A stretch of DNA of 64,000 nucleotides, taken from positions 62,001-126,000 of the forward strand of contig CALSSD010000012.1 in NCBI GenBank assembly GCA_943788915.1. Reading direction: 5' to 3'. The DNA is from an uncultured Acidimicrobiales bacterium. GTDB taxonomy: Bacteria; Actinomycetota; Acidimicrobiia; Acidimicrobiales; UBA10347. The notes below the pieces were generated by a model. It searched no databases. It had not been told where the DNA came from and saw nothing but the letters and a program-made list of their open reading frames with translations. The position numbers and the translations under genes were made by a program. This document shows, piece by piece, positions 10,605-18,787 of the stretch (position 1 is the first letter of the stretch; each line of letters opens with the position of its first letter).

Positions 10605-10686
10605 CGGATTTTTGCCACCAGGGGAGCGTTCCCTAATAGCCGCCGGGTGCCGAATTCAGCTAGCGCAAGCCCGCTACCATTACCAG

Positions 10687-13185
10687 GTGCTGCGCATTGG
10701 TTCGACACTGCTACGAATGTTTCTCGTAGTGACCCTGTTGGCGGTCACCGTCGTGTCCGCTGGGGCGGTTATGGGCCCACAGATCAGCTCGCTCAAAGGT
10801 GCGGTCAATGGACGGGCAGGCTTCGATATCTCGCTCGCTGCTCTCGATACTCGTAGCCTTCTGTACGACAGCGCGGGCAACGAGATCTTCCGGTTCGTCG
10901 ACGATGGTTCGAACCGTGAACTCCTTGCGCTCGAAGACATGCCCGAGCAGCTGATCACTGCGGTGGTCACGATCGAAGACGCTGAATTCTTTAGCCACCC
11001 AGGAATCAACCTTCGGGCTACCTTCCGGGCGCTTGTCGAGAACGTGGGCGCCGGTGGCATTTCCCAAGGTGGTTCCACCATCTCCCAGCAGCTCATCAAG
11101 AACCGGGTGCTGACCGAAGCCGAACGCGAAGAACGATCTATCCCAATCAAGATTCGTGAAGCGGTGTTGTCTTGGCGCATGGAAGACGACCTGGCCAAGG
11201 GCGAAATCCTCGAGGCATACCTGAACTCGGTGTACTTCGGCGCTGGAGCTTACGGCGTGCAGGCCGCTGCCGAGGTGTACTTCGACAAGGACGCCACCGA
11301 CCTGGACTGGCCCGAAACAGCGCTTCTGGCCGCCCTGATTTCGAGCCCGGGCGAATACGACCCCTTTATCAATCCGTCGGCGGCGCAACGGCAACGTCAG
11401 ATTGTGTTCAACCGGCTGGTCGATGTCGGAGCGATCGACGAGGAAGAAGCACGTTTCTACAACCGGGTCCCGTTACCGAGCGAGCGCAATTTCCTCGAAG
11501 CACAATTACCCGAGGACTATTATGTGGCCGAGGTTCGTCGACGTTTCATCGATGGCAATCTGCCCGCGAATCTGGCGCCAGAGGTCATAGCGCTGGTCGG
11601 TGACACCCAGGAAGGTCGCATCAACGGACTCTTCCGTGGTGGTCTGCGGATCTTCACAACCTACGACTCGGACGCTCAGCGAGAGGCCGAGAACGCACGT
11701 GATAGCCATGTTCCCGCCGATTTCGCGATCCTGCCGGGCAACACCGAGGAAGAGAACGAGACTCGTTTCACCATGGCAATCGCAGCTATCGAGCCGGGAA
11801 CCGGCGCTGTCCGAGCGCTCGTTGGTGGACCTCGTTTCGAAGAGGCCAAGTTCAACCTCGCCACCCAGGGTGATCGTCAGCCCGGTTCTTCGTTCAAGAC
11901 CTTTGTGTTGATCGCCGCGCTCGAAGCTGGATACGTTCCGAATGACACCATCTCGGGAATCGGTCCGTGTTCGTTCGACAACCCTGGGTCGGTGGACCCG
12001 ATCTATACGGTGAATAACTTCGGCAATTCTGGTGGCAGCATCGACACGTTGGTCAACCAGGTGACCCGATCATCAAACTGCGGTTTCGTGCGGCTTGGCC
12101 AGGCGGTTGGTATCCCGAATGTCATCGAGACTGCGAATCGGCTCGGCCTCGAGCTTGATCCCGTGATCGATAACAATAAGAGCCTGCCGCTTGGCGCAAC
12201 CGAAGTGCGACCACTCGAGGTAGCCAGCGCCTACGCCACTATCGCCAATGGTGGTGTTCGCCACGAGCCCTATTACATCGACCGCATTGAAGACGCATCT
12301 GGCAATGTGCTCTACGAACACGAGGCGCAGGGCACTCGAGTGCTGGGCGAGGACATTGCTTGCCTCGCCACTCAGGTGCTGGAGCAGAACGTCATTCGGG
12401 GTACCGGCACCCGGGCCCAGGTTCCCAATCAACCTGCCGGTGGTAAGACCGGAACGACCGAAAACTTCAGCGATGCCTGGTTCGTTGGGTTCACACCCCA
12501 GCTGGCGACATCTGTCTGGATGGGCAATCCTCAGGAACGAGTCGAGATGCGGGGCGTCGGCGGTCGAAACGTAACCGGCGGTTCATTCCCAGCACAGGCA
12601 TGGGGTCAGTTCATGACCGCCTTTCACGAAGACCTGGCATCGGTCCCATTTCCCGAATGCACAGCCACCCGTGCCGGACGTTTGATTCGCGAAGATGGCG
12701 ATCTCGTAACGGAGAATCCGTGCGCCGTCTATCCGGGATACTCACCGACCGACACCAACAACGACGGCACGATCGACCAGTGCATCGTCAATCCAGGCTC
12801 GCTTGGGTATGTGCGGTGTGGAGTCATCGATACTGGCGACGATGGTCTGCTCGAACAGTATTGCCAGCCTGGCGGGGGCCGGAACTCAGGCAACGTGAAC
12901 TGCGGCGTTGGCACATCACCGATTGACATCAACGGCGACGGCCGCGCTGATACCTGCAGTGCTGTTGGCCAACAACAGCAGGACCTGAGTTCGCTCTGTG
13001 ATCCGGGGTACAACCCGACCGACACCAACGGTGATGGTGTGGTCGACGTTTGCGTCGAGGTATCTGACGCATCGCCGCCACCGCGTGCCGGTAGTTCTGA
13101 AGCCTGCCCACCAGGATTCCCTTACGGTGCCGACACAAACAGCGATGGCACCATCGACACCTGTTACGCCAATCCGGTGCCGTAG
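10687..13185 (+). CDS. class A penicillin-binding protein (transglycosylase/transpeptidase) with Cys/DxNxDG repeat tail
   Basis: EDAEFFSH, GGSTISQQLIKN, KIRE and YLNSVYFG glycosyltransferase motifs; SSFK, SSN and KTG transpeptidase motifs; N-terminal TM helix. Confidence 0.95.
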   Translation: MLRIGSTLLRMFLVVTLLAVTVVSAGAVMGPQISSLKGAVNGRAGFDISLAALDTRSLLYDSAGNEIFRFVDDGSNRELLALEDMPEQLITAVVTIEDAEFFSHPGINLRATFRALVENVGAGGISQGGSTISQQLIKNRVLTEAEREERSIPIKIREAVLSWRMEDDLAKGEILEAYLNSVYFGAGAYGVQAAAEVYFDKDATDLDWPETALLAALISSPGEYDPFINPSAAQRQRQIVFNRLVDVGAIDEEEARFYNRVPLPSERNFLEAQLPEDYYVAEVRRRFIDGNLPANLAPEVIALVGDTQEGRINGLFRGGLRIFTTYDSDAQREAENARDSHVPADFAILPGNTEEENETRFTMAIAAIEPGTGAVRALVGGPRFEEAKFNLATQGDRQPGSSFKTFVLIAALEAGYVPNDTISGIGPCSFDNPGSVDPIYTVNNFGNSGGSIDTLVNQVTRSSNCGFVRLGQAVGIPNVIETANRLGLELDPVIDNNKSLPLGATEVRPLEVASAYATIANGGVRHEPYYIDRIEDASGNVLYEHEAQGTRVLGEDIACLATQVLEQNVIRGTGTRAQVPNQPAGGKTGTTENFSDAWFVGFTPQLATSVWMGNPQERVEMRGVGGRNVTGGSFPAQAWGQFMTAFHEDLASVPFPECTATRAGRLIREDGDLVTENPCAVYPGYSPTDTNNDGTIDQCIVNPGSLGYVRCGVIDTGDDGLLEQYCQPGGGRNSGNVNCGVGTSPIDINGDGRADTCSAVGQQQQDLSSLCDPGYNPTDTNGDGVVDVCVEVSDASPPPRAGSSEACPPGFPYGADTNSDGTIDTCYANPVP

Positions 13186-13209
13186 GTCACCACGCTCTAC
13201 ACTGCGTCG

Positions 13210-13920
13210 ATGACCCTTGCGCAGTTGTTGGTTGTCCAGGTTCACGACACCGCGATCGATCGGCTGACGCACAGCCTCACGACACTGCCTGAGTTCGCTG
13301 CCTTGACAGCGCTCGACGACGAACAGGCTTATCTAGTGGCTGAGCGCGCCCTAGTTGCCGAGCAACGTCATCAGGTTGAGCGGGAACAGAAGCGTCACGA
13401 GGACGAAGCTGGGCTTGTCACCGCTCGCATCGACAAGGAGAACCTGCGGCTCTACGACGGCTCCGTCACGGGACATAAGGAACTCAAGTCGATCCAAGAT
13501 GAGCTGACCACGCTGAATAGGCGGCGGGCCGAGTTCGAAGATCAGGTCCTCGAAGCTATGGAGGCGGGCGAACCGCTCGACGCTGCTCTGGGCGAGTTTG
13601 ACGAGAAGCTGGCCAACGTGGAAACGCGTCGCCAACAGGCAACCGAGTCGCTGGCAGCTTCACAGGTGTCGATCAACGCGGAGATCGAGTCGGAACAGGC
13701 ACAACGAGTCGAAGCCGTTGCTCCGATCGAGCCTGTCTTGGTTGAGGTCTATGAGCAGACACGTGCCGACTGTGGCGGCGTTGGTATCTGCAAGCTGATC
13801 GACAAGACGTGTCAAGGGTGTCACCTCAGTCTGCCTGCAGTGGAATATGACCGGATCCGCAAGGAGTCCGACGAAGCGATCGTGCGTTGCGGCGAGTGCA
13901 ACCGCATCCTGGTTCGTTAG
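13210..13920 (+). CDS. coiled-coil protein with C4 zinc ribbon (DUF164/CT398-like)
   Basis: Long helical region followed by CQGC...CGECNRIL. Confidence 0.9.
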   Translation: MTLAQLLVVQVHDTAIDRLTHSLTTLPEFAALTALDDEQAYLVAERALVAEQRHQVEREQKRHEDEAGLVTARIDKENLRLYDGSVTGHKELKSIQDELTTLNRRRAEFEDQVLEAMEAGEPLDAALGEFDEKLANVETRRQQATESLAASQVSINAEIESEQAQRVEAVAPIEPVLVEVYEQTRADCGGVGICKLIDKTCQGCHLSLPAVEYDRIRKESDEAIVRCGECNRILVR

Positions 13921-13938
13921 CCCCGATCGTCGCTGTCC

Positions 13939-14418
13939 ATGGTTCTTTGGTTTCTCGCGCTCTCGTTTGCGTTAGTGCTGCTCGTCTTCGACTCTGCAGC
14001 ACTCGATTATCGACTCATCATGGCGGGTTCGTTGCTGCCGTGGCTTGACTTTCTGTGGGGTCCCCCTTGGGTTATGCACTCAGTCTTCTTCCCGGTCGGG
14101 ATGATGGTTGCCGTGATGCTCATCGGTTGGGGCCGGCGCCTGTTCCAACGCCGATGGTTGGGGCTCCCGATAGGGGTGTTCGTGCATCAGGTGCTGGCAG
14201 CAACATGGACCAGCAAGGAACTCTTCTGGTGGCCGTCGTTCGGATTTTCCCTAGGGTCAAACCAGCCGAGCGTGCCGCCGACAGCGCTTGCGGTCGTGCT
14301 CGAGCTCATTGGCGCCGCAGTCTTCGTCTGGCTCTATCGTTTCCTCGGCTTTCATGACCGCAAACGACGCGATCTATTTCGCACCACAGGACGTGTCGAC
14401 CGTGCTCTTCTGCGCTGA
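13939..14418 (+). CDS. membrane protein, distantly like metal-dependent hydrolases
   Basis: Hydrophobic ORF with DYR, GSLLP.LD, HS and H motifs. Confidence 0.7.
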   Translation: MVLWFLALSFALVLLVFDSAALDYRLIMAGSLLPWLDFLWGPPWVMHSVFFPVGMMVAVMLIGWGRRLFQRRWLGLPIGVFVHQVLAATWTSKELFWWPSFGFSLGSNQPSVPPTALAVVLELIGAAVFVWLYRFLGFHDRKRRDLFRTTGRVDRALLR

Positions 14419-14434
14419 CTTCACATGACCCATG

Positions 14435-14486
14435 AAGACCGTGACCTACTAAAACCGTGACCTACTAAGACCGTGACCTACTAAGA
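14435..14486. repeat. 16-bp tandem repeat x3.25
   Basis: AA(G/A)ACCGTGACCTACT x3 plus AAGA, just upstream of the phosphatase RBS. Confidence 0.92.
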
Positions 14487-14499
14487 GAAGGACCCCGCA

Positions 14500-15081
14500 A
14501 TGCTGATATCTGCTTCGACATGGCCGGACCAAGGCCAATGCAGGTGGCCTACTGCAAGGCCGCATAGACCTCGAGCTTGACGACCTCGGCGAGCTGCAAG
14601 CACAGGCCGCCGCCGCGGCGATCGGTCCAGTCGACCGGGTGATAGCGAGTCCGCTGGTGCGTGCACAGCAGACGGCCGCGGCGTTCGGGCAGTCGGTCGA
14701 AACCGACGATCGTTTCATCGAACTGGATTACGGCGACTGGGAGGCCAAACCGGTCAAAGACGTATCCTGCACAGACATGGGCAGAGTGGCGCAACGATCT
14801 CGACTTCCGTCCGCCAAACGGCGAAACGCTCAACGAACTTGGCCACCGGGTCAGGGGTGGGCTCATGGACCTGGCGGCAGACGCGGCGCACCAGAACATC
14901 GTGGTCGTGAGCCATGTGTCGCCGATCAAAGCGTCGGTGGCGTGGGCGCTCGGCACACCAGACGACACGACATGGCGTCTGTTCTCTAGGTCAAGCGTCG
15001 ATCTGTCGTATCGCTACGACCTTGGACTCGGCTCGGCTGATCGAATTTAATGTCACGACCCACCTTGCGGGGCTGGACTAG
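14500..15081 (+). CDS. histidine phosphatase (CobC/PGM-like); three +1 frameshifts (~14506, ~14765, ~14985)
   Basis: Repaired reading: MLYLLRHGRTKANAGGLLQG...ASPLVRAQQTA...IELDYGDWE...PPNGET...VVSHVSPI...LFLGQASIC...FNVTTHL. Confidence 0.85.
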
Positions 15082-16328
15082 CTCTGGCGTTTCGCCTCTT
15101 CAAGTTCACGCTTCAGTCGAGAGATCGCTGCGGTCAGGCTTGCTTCTCGGTTGGCAGACTCACGAGCTTGTTCTTCGGCTGCCGCCGATACTTCTCGAAC
15201 CCGGCTGTCGGCATATTGGCGCTGTCGAGCGACAGAAGCCTCGAGCTCCGCGAGCTGCGCCGTTCGTTCTTCGACTGCTTGGTCGATAGCTTGATGGGCC
15301 TCGGCGCTCCGTCGCAACACATCTGCTTGTAGCGTCGTATTTCGCTCTCGTTCACCGTCGAGTTCGGCTTGTACAAGCGCGAGTTCTTGGGCCGTGCGCC
15401 GTGCTGTCGAGGCGTGTTCGGTTTCGTTCTGGAGAGCTTGTTTCTGCAAGGTAGCTATCTCGATCTGCATCAACTGGTTCGCTTTCTCGAGTTCTCGTCG
15501 TTGTGCGTTACTGGATTCGCTTGTGTTCCGCAGCTCCTTGATGGTTGCTTTGTGCTGAATTGCCTGCCGATCGTGGTGCTGTTGGTTCGCGTGACGATCA
15601 GCTGCAGCTTCGAGAGCATGTCGTTCGTTCGCAGCGACGAGCTTGGCTTCGGCCCTGACCCGGTCGGCGACGAGCTGGCGTTCGTACCCGACATGTTGTT
15701 CTTCAAGCGCCGCCGCGTGACGAGCCCGATCCTTGGCAAGCTCCGCATCGAGATCAGCCCGAAAGGAAGCAAGCGTCTTGCGATGAGAGTGCACATGTTT
15801 GCCCAGTTCGTCGCGATACTCGCGTCGAGCATGGTTGAGCGCACGATCAGCGCTGCCACGTTCCTCGGTGATGCGCTGGGCATAGCCGATACGTTCTGAC
15901 TCAAGCGTTTGACGTAGGGCGGTAAGTTCCTCTTCGAGCGCATCGACCTGCGCTTCGAGATCACCTGTCTGAGTTTGGTCGCTGCCCGGCATGTTCTGCA
16001 GCCTGACCTCTTGTATCCGTAGCTGTTTGGTCAGGCTCGCCACCTGGGAGCGAAGGGCGGCCGTTGCGCGTTCGTGCTCGGCCGTCAGGCGCGCAGTCTC
16101 CTGGTTGTGTCGTAACACAAGCTCGTAACGTTCGGCCTCGTGTTGGGTCTGCATGGCGCGCCGGTCGAGGTCGTTGAGCTCAACGAGGTGGAAAGACCGA
16201 TTCAGGTCCCGTGGCGATGATGGCGCAGCCGCCTTGTCGGACGCGAGGACGCTTGGCTCGGATGCTTCGCTGACTGCCGGTGTTGTGGGTTTGGTGGCAT
16301 CGGAGAATGAACTATGGCGTGATGTCAT
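15078..16328 (-). CDS. long coiled-coil protein of unknown function
   Basis: 416 aa, A/E/R/Q/L-rich, almost no Pro or Gly after the N-terminus; no TM segment. Confidence 0.75.
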   Translation of the reverse strand: MTSRHSSFSDATKPTTPAVSEASEPSVLASDKAAAPSSPRDLNRSFHLVELNDLDRRAMQTQHEAERYELVLRHNQETARLTAEHERATAALRSQVASLTKQLRIQEVRLQNMPGSDQTQTGDLEAQVDALEEELTALRQTLESERIGYAQRITEERGSADRALNHARREYRDELGKHVHSHRKTLASFRADLDAELAKDRARHAAALEEQHVGYERQLVADRVRAEAKLVAANERHALEAAADRHANQQHHDRQAIQHKATIKELRNTSESSNAQRRELEKANQLMQIEIATLQKQALQNETEHASTARRTAQELALVQAELDGERERNTTLQADVLRRSAEAHQAIDQAVEERTAQLAELEASVARQRQYADSRVREVSAAAEEQARESANREASLTAAISRLKRELEEAKRQS

Positions 16329-16493
16329 GGATCAGGTAGGGGTCGAGGACAGAGTGGGCGCTAGTCCGGTCTGTGCAGAAAAAACGACGATCCGTCGGCT
16401 TAGCGGGTGCATGGCAAGCGCGTCAGCTGAGGCCGATAGGGTCACGTCCACAACAGTACTTCGGTAGCGCTTTCGAACCGGTGAACCGGGACA

Positions 16494-17462
16494 TTAACGG
16501 TTAGGTGGCAATTGCGCCCGCAATTCAGCGATAGCGGCCTCGAGGTCAGACTCTCGCTGCAGTGCATGGCTGGCACGTTCGTCGGCGGCCTTGGCTAACG
16601 ACTGGTGCTCGGCTTTGGCCAGTCGTTGGGCCGATGCGACAGCATGTTCCGTCTTGGCATAGTGGGCAGCAAAGTCGGATCGCGCCTTGTCTGCTTCGGC
16701 GGCGATCGATGCGCTGCGCTCAAGAAGTTCAGCGAGTGTCGCCGCCGATCGCTGCCGCTCCGACTCGAGTCGATTTGCGGCGGCGGCAAGCTGTCTTTCT
16801 GCTTCGTCGATACGGCTTTGGTTCCGTGTTTCGGATCGATCGATGTTTCGTTCGACCCACGACAACCTGGTTTCGGCGTCAGCGGCGCGAGATTCGGCCT
16901 GGTCTGCCCTCGTGATCTGTGCCTCAAGCTGCATCTGGAGCCGCTCATTTGCTGCGGTGACTTGAACCAGCTCTGAAGCGAGTGCCTGACGTTCGCTATG
17001 GTGCGATTCGTCAGCCTCATCCACGGCTTGTTTGCGGGCCGCCTTGAGCAGCGCTTCGCGTTGGTCGCGGTTGCGTCTGAGAGTTTGGCGGTGACGGACG
17101 CGCTCGTTGGCCATCTCAGTCGCAGCGGCTGCCGCTGCTTCCGAATACGACTGTTCGAACTCGATTTGGCGTTCGCTCAGAAGAGCCCGGTACGAGTCAT
17201 GGAGGTCGGCGCTTCGAGCGCGTTCCTCGCGTCGAAGTTCGTCGAGACGCGTGTCAGACTCCAGTTGAAGATTCGCCACCTCGGTTGCATGGAGAATGCG
17301 TTCTTGTTCGACAAGGTCGCGGTACCGGCTGATTTCGCGGTTGAGGAAATCGAGCTCGGTGCTGAGGTCTTCGACACGACTAGCGGAGATATGAGCACCG
17401 GAACCAGGTTGGCCTGAGAGCGGACCGAGAAAGTGCTCGCTCGTCTCGCCTGAGTCAGTCAC
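16494..17462 (-). CDS. long coiled-coil protein of unknown function
   Basis: 322 aa with helical composition; C-terminus similar to the neighbouring protein. Confidence 0.75.
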   Translation of the reverse strand: MTDSGETSEHFLGPLSGQPGSGAHISASRVEDLSTELDFLNREISRYRDLVEQERILHATEVANLQLESDTRLDELRREERARSADLHDSYRALLSERQIEFEQSYSEAAAAAATEMANERVRHRQTLRRNRDQREALLKAARKQAVDEADESHHSERQALASELVQVTAANERLQMQLEAQITRADQAESRAADAETRLSWVERNIDRSETRNQSRIDEAERQLAAAANRLESERQRSAATLAELLERSASIAAEADKARSDFAAHYAKTEHAVASAQRLAKAEHQSLAKAADERASHALQRESDLEAAIAELRAQLPPNR

Positions 17463-17475
17463 GTTCGACCAGTTC

Positions 17476-17539
17476 GTTCTCTATTCGGGTCATTGTGTAT
17501 TCGGGTCGTTCTCTCTTCGGACCATTGTCTACTCGGGCC
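17476..17539. repeat. degenerate 16-bp tandem repeat x4 in a divergent intergenic region
   Basis: GTTCTCTATTCGGGTC / ATTGTGTATTCGGGTC / GTTCTCTCTTCGGACC / ATTGTCTACTCGGGCC. Confidence 0.8.
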
Positions 17540-17615
17540 ATCCATTGCGCCGAATCCTGTTTCAACCTAGTGCCGAACTACTGTCGGGACGATCTTTCAC
17601 GGATAGGACTTCCTT

Positions 17616-18449
17616 ATGGCTGCACAACTTGAAACAGGTACCGACGATCTCCTCGGTCGGATCGAAGACCGGGTCGCGGTCCTCACGTTTAATCGTCCGG
17701 ACCGGCGTAATGCACTATCACAGGAGATGTATGGAGGATTTGCCACCGCGCTTGCCTCCATCGAAGCGAACGACGATGTTCGGGTGGTGATGGTCACAGG
17801 TGCTGGTGGAGCGTTTTGTGCTGGCGGCGATGTAAAAGCAATGAATCAGTCGCACGTTGAAGGAACTGGGCACCGAGCCACCATGAGCAGCGATGAGCGG
17901 CTCGATGACCTGCGGCTGCGTCAACGCGAAGTCTCGCTGGCTCTCCACAACTTCCCAAAGCCGGTCGTTGCTGCGTTGCCAGGAGCCGCTGCTGGGGCAG
18001 GGCTATCGATAGCGCTCTCAGCTGACCTGCGTGTAGCTGCACCGAATGCGCTCCTTGTTACGGCGTTCGCCACTGTTGGGGCATCAGGCGACTTCGGTGG
18101 CAGCTGGTTCATGAACCGGCTCGTTGGTGAAGCCAAAGCCAAGGAGCTGTACTTCCGGTCGCCCCGCTTGACGGCAGCCGAGGCACAAGACCTTGGTCTG
18201 GTGAATGCTGTTCTCGATGACGACGATTTTGAAGCAGCGGCGATTCAGTGGTGTGCCGATATCGCCAACCAGGCGCCCCTGGCGATTACTCGTATGAAGG
18301 AAAACCTGAATCGGGCCAGCAACGTGGATCTCGCTACGGCCCTCGATGCCGAAGCAGCCAACATGATCTTGACGATGGCAACGGCGGATCACCGCGAAGC
18401 CGCGGCTGCATTTGTTGAAAAGCGCACACCAATCTTCAAGGGGGAGTGA
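17616..18449 (+). CDS. enoyl-CoA hydratase/isomerase (crotonase) family
   Basis: NRPDRRNAL, FCAGGD, AAGAG and FVEKR.P motifs. Confidence 0.93.
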   Translation: MAAQLETGTDDLLGRIEDRVAVLTFNRPDRRNALSQEMYGGFATALASIEANDDVRVVMVTGAGGAFCAGGDVKAMNQSHVEGTGHRATMSSDERLDDLRLRQREVSLALHNFPKPVVAALPGAAAGAGLSIALSADLRVAAPNALLVTAFATVGASGDFGGSWFMNRLVGEAKAKELYFRSPRLTAAEAQDLGLVNAVLDDDDFEAAAIQWCADIANQAPLAITRMKENLNRASNVDLATALDAEAANMILTMATADHREAAAAFVEKRTPIFKGE

Positions 18450-18787
18450 TGGCCAAGACTCGTTGGATCACCGAAATGGGTATGGGTGTTGATGTACATG
18501 GTGGTGACTACACCAAGGCGGCGCGCCGGGCAGTATCGGATGCGCTGCGTCACAGCAGCCTGAATCTCTTTAATGCCACCGGCAAAACACGTGACGACAT
18601 GTTCGTCGACGTGATTATTGGTGCAGCCGAACCAGGACAGGTTGACTGCGATGCAGTCGCGGAAGAGGTTCCCTACGGCACCGTGACCGTGACCGCCCAG
18701 AAGGGCGGTCTCGATGTCATAGCGCCGTCGGGCGACGATGTGCTCATTATGGCAAACGCTGCCATCCTGGTGTCCTTCGAGGACTAA
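18449..18787 (+). CDS. Lin0512 family protein
   Basis: EMGMGVDVHGGDYTKAA.RAV.DA..HSSL, PYG and GGL motifs; TGATG overlap with the upstream gene. Confidence 0.88.
   Translation: MAKTRWITEMGMGVDVHGGDYTKAARRAVSDALRHSSLNLFNATGKTRDDMFVDVIIGAAEPGQVDCDAVAEEVPYGTVTVTAQKGGLDVIAPSGDDVLIMANAAILVSFED

Noticed and set aside
14435..14486. Iterons or a CRISPR-like array
   Set aside because: A head-to-tail 16-mer with no spacers and no rep or cas gene nearby.
13210..15081. RNase H domain or RNase P RNA, often found near the zinc-ribbon/phosphatase locus in Actinobacteria
   Set aside because: No RNase H motifs and no GAGGAAAGTCC-type rnpB signature were seen.
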